The notes beneath the pieces are model-generated. The model was not told the DNA's origin. It worked only from the letters and a program-made list of their open reading frames with translations, and ran no database searches. The position numbers and the translations under genes were made by a program. Below are positions 1 through 12,497 of a DNA stretch of 64,000 bases, one piece after another. This DNA comes from the human T2T-CHM13v2.0 reference genome, Homo sapiens: NCBI RefSeq assembly GCF_009914755.1, contig NC_060947.1, one strand, 5' to 3'. Each line of letters begins with the position of its first letter. Positions within the stretch are counted from its first letter, which is position 1.

Positions 1-699
1 GTAAGTAGCTCAATAGGGGTTTTGTCTTCTCTAAAGTTAAGATTAACAACAAGCTGGTCTTAATTTCTCCTTACCATTAGAGTGCTCAGTAATCATATAA
101 ATTTTGTGATATTTTGTGTTTTTGCTTAACTTTTTTTTTTTTTTTTTTTTTTGCCGTTGTTTGTTTCTGTTTTTGTTGTTTTGGTCTTTCTTTCTTCATT
201 GGGAAACTATCCAACTTGATCAAATCTAAAGGAAAGTTCCAAATTATGAGGAACAAGGCCTCTGAAGTGGCTAAATTTCCACAAAAGGTGGGGAGGGCTT
301 GGGAGGAAAAATGCTCAGCAAAAGAAAAAACAATAAAGATTTTTGATTTTGAGTACTTAAGGGGCTTTATGTACATAGCAAGGCCACTTTTTTGCTATCC
401 AGGCCAAATTGAAAGAGCAACGCTGTTGCCCCATGCTGCAGTTTCATAGCTAAGGTTCTGCCTTCTTTTTTTTCCACAACAGCCTGGGTTTGCTTCCTAA
501 ATCAAGCCATTTCTGGTTTGATACTTGTTTCTTTTGAAACATCAGCAATTTTTCCTAGCTAAAATATGGTAATGAGATTCAGAAAGATTTTTTTAAAGGA
601 GCTCAAGGGTTAAAAGTCAGCTTAATTAAAAGCTAACATCTGAGATGTGTGTGTGTGTGCATGTGTGCATTTGTATTAAAAGGCCTTTATTTTTTCCTC

Positions 700-1238
700 T
701 GTTAGAAACAGATAATCGGTGTCGTGAAGAAAAGACAAAGGATCTCTCAGCAAGGCAATCTTTACTTTCTGCAGAAAGGGTGCCCCTCGCAGATCGAACA
801 ATCGTGACAGCACACTTGAACAAAGGAAAAGCAGACATATTTATCATTTACGTATTTGGGTCAGCCTTACTGCTCTGTCCTGCATCCATTGGCTGGAGCT
901 GGACCCCACAGTCTTCAACTGATACCAAATCTGCTAATAACCTAAAACTTTCCTAAACAGGTAAGTGCAAGGGAGAACAAAGAAGAAAAAGAAGTTGCTT
1001 ACTAAAGGTTTAAGGAAGCAATTAACATTTCAAAAAAGGAAGGGGCATAAGCTATGAGCTAAGACTTGCCTGGGCCTGTCCAGACATGCCTGAGTAAGCC
1101 AAAGCAACTAACTGGGCTCAAGTGTAAGAACTAGTAGTTGAGAGGAGGCTTTAGAGTAAGGAGCTATTATTTATAGTGTCTATTATTTTATTTTTAAACC
1201 AAGATGAATTTTGAAGAAAAACTTTACTACTTTCTACA
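700..1238 (-). mobile_element. Solo LTR, LTR10 family-like (HERV-I)
   Basis: TG...CA termini, ~540 bp, imperfect TSD tcctc/tcttc, contains the tandem p53 decamers typical of LTR10. Confidence 0.7.
1062..1091. promoter_or_regulatory. p53-type response element, three contiguous half-sites
   Basis: AGACTTGCCT-GGGCCTGTCC-AGACATGCCT against RRRCWWGYYY: 10/10, 9/10, 10/10, no spacers. Confidence 0.75.
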
Positions 1239-2987
1239 TCTTCTCTCCTAGGACCTTGTCTTTTTTTGAGCAAAAGTTTTTTTTTTCTTCTCAGACGATG
1301 ACATTCTGTTTTCTTCATCTACTTCTGCTGTCTCTCCTTTATTTTGCTACCCTCTGTTGCATGAGGGACGTAAAATAGTTTATAATTGCCTGCATTCCTT
1401 AAAGAAAATGGAGAAGATGCCACACTCCCTTTTGGGGAGAAACCTCTATTTTTCCCAAGAGTGTAAACACACAAGTTCATCTCAGATCTTAAGCTGCTTG
1501 CTTTTGTATTGTGTTACTTGATTTTTTGACTAAAACTGTTATTAGTTTATTCTTGGATTTTTAAGGAAGAAAGTAGCTTGAACACTTAGAAATGTCTTTG
1601 TTAAAAAAAAAAAAAAGGACACTGTAAAAGCATCACTTGGTGTAGCCTCATAGTAATTCTCCCTTTTTGGAGAACTAGGATTCAGTGTGGGCTCTGCCCA
1701 GAGCTCAGAGATCCAGTTAAAAGACAGGTAGTCCCTATCTAAATACAACTGGTCTCCTTATACAATCCTATAATATATTTCTACAATTTTGTGTTTGATT
1801 TGGCATCCATCTTCAATCTCCCTCTAACATCACCAGACTCTTTCTCTCTGTGCTTTGAGAAGCAAATTTCACTATCTGATTTTTTTTACCTAAGGGTTCC
1901 TTTAATATGCACATTTAGGGCTATCTAGCTGACAATTGCCTAGGGCAATAAAATAGGTTATGAAGAAATTGTAAATCTAAAATACAAGGAAAAAATAAAG
2001 GCCTTAGGAATTTATAAGATCTACTTCTATCTACATGTCTAATACATCTATGTATTTATGTGTCATGGATATGACATTTCACTACTAAAAATGTAGAAAA
2101 GAGCTCTAATTAATTGGCTTAACAAAGGCACTTAAATCTAATGCTTTTCAGAAAAATAGACTTTAAGCCAAATGCTTTTTCAAGTTCATGTGACTTAAGC
2201 AAATCTTCAATAAACAAGCTGGTTTTAAAAATTTTAGTGAAATTGAATTAGAAATGGCTTTGGAATTCTCAACATACATTATTTATCTCTGCTAGATGTC
2301 AACATTTGGCATAAGGGTTCTAAAGCTATGAATGCAGCTCAAATAAGAATTATCTTTGTTTATGTAAAATTTAGTAAGTAAGGAATTTAATATTGTTTGG
2401 TTAATGAAAATAGCTAAATCCTGAGTTATTGCCAAAAAAACAAAAACAAACAAACAAATAAACAAAAAAAGACCCTTTATCTAACCTTAATGTTCTTACT
2501 CAGGACAACCTGAAATTCACAGGTTATAAAAATGGTTAACAAGGACATAACTTTAAATGGTAACTATTACAGTTTTCATAAGTAATCTGGGTAAATTATT
2601 AGAAAATTAATTAATTACACAAATGTAACAGAATAAGTTCTTGTAGAATATCTTGTCATATAATTTAAAATCCAAAGTTATATTAAGCTAAATAGTAGAT
2701 ATTTATTACACGTCTGGGTCATTTCCAATTTTTTTAATTATAGGAAAACATTTTTCTGTAAAAAAGAAATGTGATCTTAAAGGAAAATACTTTTTGTCTA
2801 ATTCGAAGCTTATCTAAAAGTTATTTATGAAATTAGGTAATCAGTGAATAAAAACAATGTGAAGGAAGTTATGAACAGGCATTTTTGGCACAAAAGGTTA
2901 AAAGGAAAATAATTTTATCTGAGCAAGAATCTTGTATGGTAAATTTTTGTTCTAAAATAAAATAACTGGTTATTTAAGAAAAAGGAA

Positions 2988-3280
2988 GCCTAGGCATGGT
3001 GGCTCATGCTTGTTAATTCCAGCATTTTGGGAGGCCGAGGTGGATGGATCACCTGAGGTCAGGAGGTCGAGACCAGCCTGGCCAACGTGGCAAATCCCTG
3101 TCTCTACTAAAAATACAAAAATTAGCCAGGTGTGGTGGCACGTGCCTGTAGTCCCAGCTACTCCGGAGGCTGAGGCAGGAGAATTGCTTGTACATGGGAG
3201 GCGGAGGTTGCAGGGAGCCGAGATGGCGCCACTGCACGACTCTAGCCTGGGCGACGGAGCAAGACTGTATCTCAAAGGAA
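2988..3280 (+). mobile_element. Alu (AluS-like)
   Basis: Both monomers present; flanking aagaaa(a/g)aggaag TSD-like repeat. Confidence 0.92.
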
Positions 3281-3649
3281 TAAAGAAAGAGGAAGGGATA
3301 AAACAGAAAGTCCAAGCTGTCATAAATGATTTGTATAAAGTTGTCTACAATTAAAGGGAAATTATTTATAATAGTCTTTCCAGATTTAGCTTATGATATT
3401 AAAAAAACACTAAAAAAATTCATCAGAACAATAAAATTTTCTTAAGGAGTTGATTTACTCTTAATAAATTAAAAGATTTTAATTGTTTAAACCCAAAGTT
3501 TAACTTTTATCACATCTCACCATTTTCGGTTTACTCTCCTCTTTTAAAAGGTGAAAATAATAACTCTCTCTTTCAACTCATTTTCAGCTCATATAAGTTT
3601 CTTCTTTTTTTCTCTTGTGTTCTGTTTGTTGTGGCCTCATGCTAAAAAT

Positions 3650-3927
3650 GTTTTTTTTTCTATTTCTTTTTTCTTTTCTTGAGGTGGGGTCTCACTCTGT
3701 CAGCCAGGCTGAGAGTGCAGTGGCACAATCTTGGCTCACTGCAACCTCCCCCTTCCAGGTTCAAGCAATTCTCCTGCCACCACGCCCGGCTAATTTTTGT
3801 ATTTGTAGTAGAGACAGGGTTTCACCGTGTTGGCCAGGCTGGTCTCGAACTTCTGACCTCAAGTGATCCACCTGCTTCAGCCTCCCAAAGTGCTAGGATT
3901 ACAGGCATGAGCCACTATGACAGGCCA
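3650..3927 (-). mobile_element. Alu with ~30-bp internal deletion
   Basis: Poly-T start; ctcctgcc joined directly to accacgccc at ~3778. Confidence 0.9.
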
Positions 3928-4972
3928 AAAATTTTTTCTTCAAGGTCTAAAAAAGTGTTTTCTTCCATCTGTGTAACTTTCTGTATGTGCTTTTAAAGTC
4001 CTTGTGCCATTGAGTTATAGGGCTTTGACTTCTGGGTCTAAAAAGGACACCAAGTTCTGCTATATCTTAAACACTGACAGCAATTACAGCCTCATTTTCA
4101 GGCCCAGTAGAAGATGCTAATCAAAGTAAACTGCGTTCATGAGATGCAGGGCCAGAAATTAAAACTATTCAACTCCTCAAGGCCCAAGGACTATCGTGGA
4201 AGAGGTGGGCATGTGAGATTGTAAGGGCTGATATTAAGAGAAAAGTAGCTCAGTTTCTCTAGGAATTAACCATTAATATCAAAGGCACACTAAAGCAAAA
4301 CCAGTATCTAGGTTGCTGTGTCAGTTTAACAAGGCTTTCTTGGAGCATTAACTCACTCCTTCATGCAAAATGATGAAGGTTACAAGGTTTATAGAAATTA
4401 TATTTTATACTCAAGATGATTAAACTTTTATTATACAATTTCAAAAAAACAAACTTAATTTGCCGCATCCTGTTTTTAATTAGGGCTTATTGTTTGGGAT
4501 ATTAAGCCTCCTCTCTCAAAGAATAAAGATTTTCACCTTTTTTTTTTTTTGAAACATTTGAGTTACTGCTTTGGTTAAATGAATGACTTATTTTACAATG
4601 ACCCATGACCCTATTTCGTGATATCAAGCATTTTAAACTTTTTATCTTTGACGAACTTTCCAAAGTCAAATTCTAACTTCATTCCTCATTAATTTTTTGA
4701 TATGAGTCCTCTGAAGTCCAAAAGAGACATATTGGTCTTATTTGGTATAAAAATCATACAAGAAGCATCATCAAATATAAAATGGTGTTTGACTTTCTTT
4801 GGGCTGTATTTATAGAAATGTCATTGATATGTGCTCCAAAATTATGGGAAACTCTTATACTTCTGAAATAACTTGTGTATGTTATTAATTATAACTTTTA
4901 TGTTAAATTCTTGTATGCTACAGAAGTAACCAAAATTTACTTGTCAATGGTGGTTTTAATAATGGCCGTCCT

Positions 4973-5291
<319 letters not shown>

Positions 5292-5779
5292 CTAGGATAC
5301 ACGGTAAAGAATGTTTATTCACTAAAGTTTTGACAGACTGAAGGCCATTATTTCAGATTGGAGATAGGAAACTTAAAAGAACTACATGGACATTGGGTAA
5401 AAGAACATGGGTTGAAATTTGCCTGGCAGTAGCCCAAAAGTAAATGGTCTTCGAGGTGCATGTGAAGGAACTGTAGGAGGGAAATGGGATAATTCACATC
5501 TCCGCCAATAAATAAATGTAGCCACACTAGCGTGGGGGATTTGAGGTGAGACATCGAAAATACTAAGTCATGGTGAGGGCTGGAAGACAAAAGAATGAAT
5601 CACTTCATAGGAATGGCTGTGGGGAAGGGCTTGAAGGAATCATCCTCTGACTTCCATGTGAACCGTGAACATTAAACATGGAGAAATGAGGAGCGGCGGC
5701 AGATCGGTTTGGGATGCATCTTCAGGGGATGCTGAAACAACAACAGCATTTGGTTTGCTCTACACCCCTGTCACCCCTC

Positions 5780-5960
5780 GCCCGCAAGCCCAGGGAGTGG
5801 TCAGCAGTGGGGCTTTGTGACGTCGAAGCCACCCTAGGGCTGCCATTGGCTGGGACACTGCCTGTATGATCAAACAAAGCTCAAGGGTGTGGCTTTGCCT
5901 TGTCACCAGGAGGGTATGCATAGGGAGGGCAAGAGCTCTGGGCCACTGCGAAGATTCAAA
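5780..5960 (+). promoter_or_regulatory. SPANXB1 proximal promoter: CRE-like TGACGTCG (5818-5825), inverted CCAAT ATTGG (5845-5849), degenerate TATA-like TATGCATAG (5915-5923)
   Basis: Motifs read directly, 80-190 nt upstream of the ATG; function inferred. Confidence 0.55.
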
Positions 5961-6004
5961 AGCTCCAAAAACCTACTGTAGACATCGAAGAACCAATATA
6001 TACA

Positions 6005-6094
6005 ATGGGCCAACAATCCAGTGTCCGCAGGCTGAAGAGGAGCGTCCCCTGTGAATCCAACGAGGCCAACGAGGCCAATGAGGCCAACAAGACG
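6005..6094 (+). CDS. SPANXB1: SPANXB1 coding exon 1 ([30 protein letters not shown])
   Basis: ATG at 6005; 30 codons followed by donor ACG|GTAAGA at 6095; peptide matches the SPANX-B N-terminus as I recall it. Confidence 0.97.
6059..6088 (+). repeat. Coding 9-nt tandem repeat (AAYGAGGCC)x3 = (NEA)x3
   Basis: aacgaggcc aacgaggcc aatgaggcc aac. Confidence 0.9.
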
Positions 6095-6741
6095 GTAAGA
6101 TTGTTAGGTTTTGAAGTGAAGGCGAGGGTGAAAGAAAGACACACAGAGCGGGGGCGGCTCAAACAACAACACAGGAATATTGCAGACCATTGTGGAAGTG
6201 GGGGGCCCGCTTAATGCCAGAGCCCACCGCCGCTTACAACCTGGGGTGCTTGTAGGTAGGGGTGGGAGGGGCCTGGGCAGTATGGCTTGCTGCCCGGCAG
6301 GATATTGATAAGATGTTCTTATGATCAGGTGGTTTGGCCCTTTTTCTGGTGGAATATCATTGTGGTGTTCCTTAGAACGCTGCCAAGCAAGATATGATAG
6401 GGATGTTTCTTCAGTTGGGCCTTTGTCCGCCTTGCGGACAGGTGGTTAGGCAGGATGTTTCTCACGGCCTGAACCCCCATGGGATGTTTCACTTTGACCA
6501 AGGTCTGCAAAATAGCAAAGAACTGACAAAATGGTGCAGTTTGGACTCACAGGTGACCCTACCCACGCTCCTCTTCTTCTTCCCCATAGATCCCTACTCT
6601 GTGCTTCAACCTTCTTCTTCTCTGGATCAAACCCCTTCCTCAACCTGCATTCCTTCTTCTCATGAAGCCCCCTTGCTATCCAGTCTCTATCCTGTTCACC
6701 CAAAATAATGTCCTCCTGGCCTCTCCCTGCTTTCTTAACAG
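6095..6741 (+). other. SPANXB1: SPANXB1 intron (647 nt, GT-AG)
   Basis: GTAAG...CAG ends; size fits the known ~650-bp intron of the SPANX-A/D subfamily. Confidence 0.95.
6102..6551 (-). mobile_element. Solo ERV LTR inside the SPANX intron (subfamily and orientation not certain)
   Basis: TG...CA termini (tgttagg...ctcaca), ~450 bp; SPANX introns are known to carry an LTR. Confidence 0.75.
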
Positions 6742-6963
6742 ATGCCGGAGACCCCAACTGGGGACTCAGACCCGCAACCTGCTCCTAAAAAAATGAAAAC
6801 ATCTGAGTCCTCGACCATACTAGTGGTTCGCTACAGGAGGAACGTGAAAAGAACATCTCCAGAGGAACTGCTGAATGACCACGCCCGAGAGAACAGAATC
6901 AACCCCGACCAAATGGAGGAGGAGGAATTCATAGAAATAACGACTGAAAGACCTAAAAAGTAG
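6742..6963 (+). CDS. SPANXB1: SPANXB1 coding exon 2 ([10 protein letters not shown]...ITTERPKK*); spliced product 103 aa, sperm nucleus-associated cancer/testis antigen
   Basis: Pyrimidine tract and acceptor TTAACAG at 6735-6741; phase-0 join to exon 1; TAG at 6961-6963; recognised SPANX-B sequence. Confidence 0.97.
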
Positions 6964-6997
6964 CAAGAAGCTACATCCCTCAAACTTCGGCAATGAA

Positions 6998-7003
6998 AAT
7001 AAA
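6998..7003 (+). terminator. SPANXB1: SPANXB1 polyadenylation signal AATAAA
   Basis: AATAAA 35 nt after the stop codon, with GT-rich sequence downstream (~7020-7050). Confidence 0.85.
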
Positions 7004-8482
7004 GTTTGAGAAGCTGATGGCTGTGTATATCTCTGCCTGTTTTCTGATGGTGGGGGGTGAAGGGAAGGGAAGAGGTAGGCATTTGAGAAGGGAGGGATAT
7101 GAGGTCCTGTAGGGTTGGTGGACAGACCCACAGGTTGACAGTAAGCCAGACATTGTAAATAAGGCCTGGGGGAGGACTGATTCCTAAAGAAAATTTTCTT
7201 CTTAAAATTTTATCTCACAGGAAGTGGAGATGTGTATATGTTCACGCAACTGTACCCGGCAGCACATAGTTCTGCTGAATGGACATATCAAAGGTATTCC
7301 CATCCCCTTTCCATTTGATATTTTCCTAGGTTAGAAATATATGCTTTATAAAGCGTAAATGTTCTGTAAAACACAAAGCACAATACAAAAGAAGATAGTA
7401 GATGTAGGAGTAAGTAAACGGCAGGAAAGCATTGCATGTAATGAAATGATTGAAAAGCCAAATTTTAAAACAAAATGTACACTGCATCTTAAATATTTAT
7501 GTTACTGTTTTAATAACCTCAGCAGTGTTTAATCAAGATAAGCATGCTTTAGAAATGTGTTGATATCCGCAAGTGTGAATAGTCAAAATCGCCACGACTT
7601 GGGAAAAGGAAAGTAAAACACTCTTAAGTATGAGGAGCTTTTTTCCATGGAATGTGAACTGCAAGGTGGTGAGAAGGGTTAGGTGTGATGTGGTGAGATC
7701 ATTTTTAGGAGAGTGTGTCTATTATCGGCTTCCTAACACTTCCATTTTGCACGATAATTTCCTGAAATTCATCATTTAATTAAGGCTATAGATTTTGATT
7801 ACCATGTGTCTTAAAATGTCAAACAGTATAATATTTATACTGAAAAAGAAAACTGCTTGGTGGATACACATCGGTTAGCGGGAAAAGACACCACAGGGAT
7901 TCACCATGGAGTCACCCGTGGATGGGGTTTTAGTTTCTGTCTTTGAATTGACCTTCACATAGTGTCTACCTCTTGAGAGTTCAGGGGATGTTGGAGAGAT
8001 CATTAGGTAAAACAAGAAGGTCTTCTCAGGATACATGAGGGAGTTAAATAAAAATGCAGGAGCAATTACAATTTCAGTTATTTGTAACTGTTCCTTGCTG
8101 TCATAACACTGTCATGGATAACATGAAAAAATAAAATATACTAAATATCAATAGACAAAAACCAGTTTGCTTTTCTCCAACCAAATACCTAAATACCTAG
8201 CACTGATTTCCAGAACAAAATCCCCCACGTACCATCTTTGGAATAAAAGAATATTCTTTCAAGTTGTCGGACCACAAGGTAAAAACAAAAAATCCCAATG
8301 CTTTTTTTCTTACTCTTTGATCTGTACAATTGAAGGTACTTCTCATTGCAAACTAATATTTCCACCCAGCACGTGACATTAAAGAATTTTTCATATTTAG
8401 GATAGTAATACGGGATCACATTCTTTAGCCTTAGGCATTGCAGAGGAAAAGCAAACAAACAAAAACAAACCAAAACTAAGCT

Positions 8483-9340
8483 GAGAGAGGTGGAGCAAGA
8501 AAAGCAGAATAGAAGGCTGCCCAGATCAGCCCCCTCGCAAGGACACAAATTTAACAACTATCCACACAGTAGAAAACACCTCCATAAGAACCCAAAATCA
8601 GGGGAACTCTCATAGTACCTGGTGGTATCACTGAAAGAGGCACTGAAGAGTTAGAAGAAACAGTCTTAAATCGCTGACCCCGCCCCTTCCCTATCCTAGG
8701 CAGTGGCAGTATGGTGTAAAGAGCATCTCTGGAAGCTGGACGAGCAAGAGCAGAGCAGTTGTGGGTCGCTGAACTCGGTGCTGTCTCTTACAGGAGAAAG
8801 GAAAACCAGACCAAACTTAGCTGACTCCCATCTGGGAAGGGAGCATTGAAACCACCTCTAGCCAGAGGGAAATTACCCATCCCAGGAATCAGAACTTGAG
8901 TTTCTGCAAACCTTGCCACCAAGGGCTAAGAAACGGTTCCAGGTTTCTCAGACAACCTTAAAGGCAGTCTAGGCCATAAGATCTCTAACTCGTAGGTGAG
9001 TTCTAGCATAGAATTGGGCCCAGAGGCAGTGGATTGTGGCGGGTATGTGGAGGGGTGCACATGACCTCCTGAGATACCAGCTGGGGCAGCCAAGTGAGTG
9101 CTGGTGTCACCCCTGCCCTAGCCCCAGACTGCCCAGCTAGCGGCTCCATAAAAGACCCCCTCCTTCCACTTGAGGAGATGGAATAGTGAGGAGTGTTTTT
9201 TTTCTTGCATCTTGAATACCAGCTCAACTACAGCGGGACAGGGCACCGGTCGGGGTTGTGAAGCCCCTGCTCCAGGCACTCGCTCCTGGATAACATTTCT
9301 AGACACACCCTAGGCCAGAAAGAAACCTGCTGCCTTGAAA
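8483..9340 (+). mobile_element. Old L1 (L1M/L1PB-type) 5' UTR fragment
   Basis: Begins gagagaggtggagcaaga..gcagaatagaaggct, matching the reverse complement of the L1 5' end at ~59476. Confidence 0.7.
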
Positions 9341-9344
9341 GAAA

Positions 9345-10008
9345 TGAAAAGAGAACACCTATACACTGTTTATGGGAATGTAACTTAGTTCAGCCATTGT
9401 AGAAAGCAGTTTGGTGATTTCTGCAAGAACTTAGAAATACCATTCATCTCAGCAATCACATTACTGGATATATACCCAAAGGATATATATCATTCTACCA
9501 TTAAGACATACGCATGCGTATGTTCTTGACAGCACTATTCACAATAGCAAAGATTTTGAATCAACCTAAAGGCCCATCAGCAGCAGACTGGATAAAGACA
9601 ATGTGGTACATAAACAGCACGGAATACTATGCAGCCATAAAAAAACGAGATCATGTCTTTTGCAGCAACATGGATGGAGCTGGAGGCCATTACTCTAAGC
9701 GAACTCACGTGGGAACAGAAAATGGAATACCACCTTTTTCCATTTATAAGCAAGAGCTAAACATCGGTATACATGGACACAAAGAAGGGAACAACAGACA
9801 CCCGTGTCTACTTGGGGGTAAAGGATGGGGAGGAGGCTGAGGGTTGAAAAGCTACCTATCAGCTATTATGCTGATTACCTGGGTGATGAAATAATCTGTA
9901 CACCAAACCCGTGTGACACGCAACTTCCCTTTATAACGAGCCTGCACATGTACCCCTGAACCTAACATAAAAGTTAACAAAAATTTAAAAATAAAATAAT
10001 AAAAAATT
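9345..10008 (+). mobile_element. L1 3' end (L1PA15/16- or L1PB-like)
   Basis: ORF2 C-terminal remnant (RMFLTALFTIAK...STEYYAAIK), 3' UTR and A-rich tail. Confidence 0.85.
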
Positions 10009-10009
10009 A

Positions 10010-10360
10010 AGAAGTCTCACAGAGGTAGAGCGTAGAATGGTGGTGACTAGGGGCTCGGTGGTGGTGGCTGGAAAGACATTGCTCAAAGGATACCAAATTT
10101 CTGTTAGACTGAAGGAATAAGCTGCAGAGATACATTGTACGACACGGTGACTACAGGTGATCATAATATGTTGTATTATTGATAAATGCTAAGAGAGTAG
10201 ATGGTAAGTGTTCTCAATACAAAATGATAACTTTGTGGGATGATGCATATGTTAATTAGCTATATTTATTCATTCTACAATGTATATACTTCAAACATTA
10301 GATACATGATAGACACATTCCATTTTATCTGTTCAGTTTAAAATAATAAAAATAAAGAAG
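10010..10360 (+). mobile_element. L1MA-type 3' UTR fragment
   Basis: gtagaatggtggtgactagg...gatgatgcatatgttaattagc motif and A-rich tail. Confidence 0.7.
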
Positions 10361-10959
10361 AAAGACATGTCCAAGTGTTCTGCCTGGGAAGATGGGCTTG
10401 AGAGAGTCTTACATAGTTAATCACGTACTATGTTTTTCTGTGCAGGACAGCAGAGGGAGAGGGGCTACCTGAGAGCAGCACATAGTCACTAAATGGCCTA
10501 TAACAGCTCTACTTCCTTTCTTGAAGAATCAGAATGGTGAAAGAAACCAGTTTGATGTTTCTCATGCCCCTAAGAAGGACACTAAAGTGTTTTAAAGAGA
10601 GTTGGATCTGAAGGTGCCCTGTGGTTGGGCTTGAGGGATGACATGAAAATGTTCTGCATGAATCAGCCATTTAGGGCCAGATGGGATGATACGCATCTCA
10701 GGAGATGTTCGATGGATACAACATTGGGAAATTCTGAGATTCTGAATTGATTAAGTGTGAGACTCATGCATATTAAGTGCAATTACATAAAATGGCATTG
10801 CATTTCTCATTCGGCCAAGCATTGTAACCAGGTATATTCCTGTGCCAGCTGTTTCAATAAAAAGTGGTATCTCTCACAACCATTTGCATTCCAATACAAT
10901 TTTCTGAATGTAAGAGAAAGAGATATAGTTATAACCAAGGTGTTCATCAATGAGAATAG

Positions 10960-11384
<425 letters not shown>

Positions 11385-11593
11385 TCAGCAAATATTTTGT
11401 CATTGACTAAATATGGACCCTAGAGAGTGATCCCCATACACCACACTACAACTTAAGACTGATTCTATTTCTTAAGCATCCTTTGGAGGTCATCACGTTT
11501 TTGAACTCTTGTAATAACAGGGGACTTCAACGCATTTCAGACAGCAAACCTCGTCCTGTGTTATCTTATGCTCTGGGAGGAATCTAAAAGACA

Positions 11594-11700
11594 AGGAAGT
11601 AAGGAAGAAAGAAAGGAAGGAAGGGAGGGAGGAAGGAAGGGAGGGAGGGAAGGAGGGAGGGAGGGAGGGAGGAAAGGAGAAGAGGAGAGAAGAGAGGAGA
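11594..11700 (+). repeat. Purine-rich (GGAA/GGGA)n simple repeat
   Basis: Read directly. Confidence 0.9.
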
Positions 11701-12176
11701 CGAGCTTAAACCTAAATTGGTAGAAAGCTTCACAAGTCTGAATACTTAACAAGTTAAATTAAGTAGCTAAAGATGTTTTTGAAAATCATCTGAGCAAACA
11801 AAAAATGATTCTGAAAAATATTTGGTAATGTAATAATGACAATGGGTTATTTCTTCTATCCTTGATCTCCTACAAATATATTTTAAGCCAGATCATGTTT
11901 TTCCTTTGATGAAAACTCCACAGAGTTTTCATCTTCATGAAAATAAAATCCAAATTCCTAATAAGGCCGTACATGATGTGGGCACCTATTACCTCTCTGA
12001 CATTAATACTTATTCTTCTCGTGAATCACTCTGCTTCTATCACACTCCCCAATCTGTGACTCTTGTAACTCACCATGCATGTGATTCCTCTAACCTGCCA
12101 TCCATATCAGGGTCTTTGCATACTTCTGCCTGGAAGCTTCTTCTCTAAAATATCCACTATGTATCCTAATTTTCTT

Positions 12177-12497
12177 TTCTTTTCTTTTTCTTTCCTTTTT
12201 TTTTTTTTTTTTTTTTTGAGATGGAGCCTTGCTTTGTCGGCTAGCCTGGAGTGCAGTGGTGCACTCTCGGCTCTCTGCAACCTCCACCTCCTGGTTTCAA
12301 GCAATTCTCCTGCCTCAGCCTCCTGAGTAGCTGAGATTACAGGCGCCTGCTACCACGGCTGACTAATGTTTGTAGTTTTAGTATAGATGGGGTTTCATTG
12401 GTTGGCCAGGCTGGTCTTGAACTCCTGACCTCGTGATCCACCTGCCTTCGCCTCCCAAAGTGCTGAGATTACAATCGTGAGCCACCACGCCCAGCCT
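12177..12497 (-). mobile_element. Alu
   Basis: Poly-T, full dimer; TSD tgtatcctaattttctt/tgtatccgaattttctt. Confidence 0.93.

Larger units (their letters stand above)
1..4972 (+). mobile_element. ERV1 internal sequence (MER4-group-like, degenerate), interrupted by an LTR and Alus
   Basis: AT-rich non-coding ERV-int style sequence with collinear homology blocks to the env-bearing element at 14306-18145. Confidence 0.7.

Noticed and set aside
86-449. Overlapping Lys-rich and Phe-rich ORFs
   Set aside because: Artefacts of a poly-T tract within ERV internal sequence.
2970-3996. Alu-derived ORFs here and throughout the window
   Set aside because: Typical spurious Alu translations with no splice or gene context.
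6005-6214. 69-aa ORF as a separate gene
   Set aside because: It is SPANXB1 exon 1 read through the GT donor into the intronic LTR.
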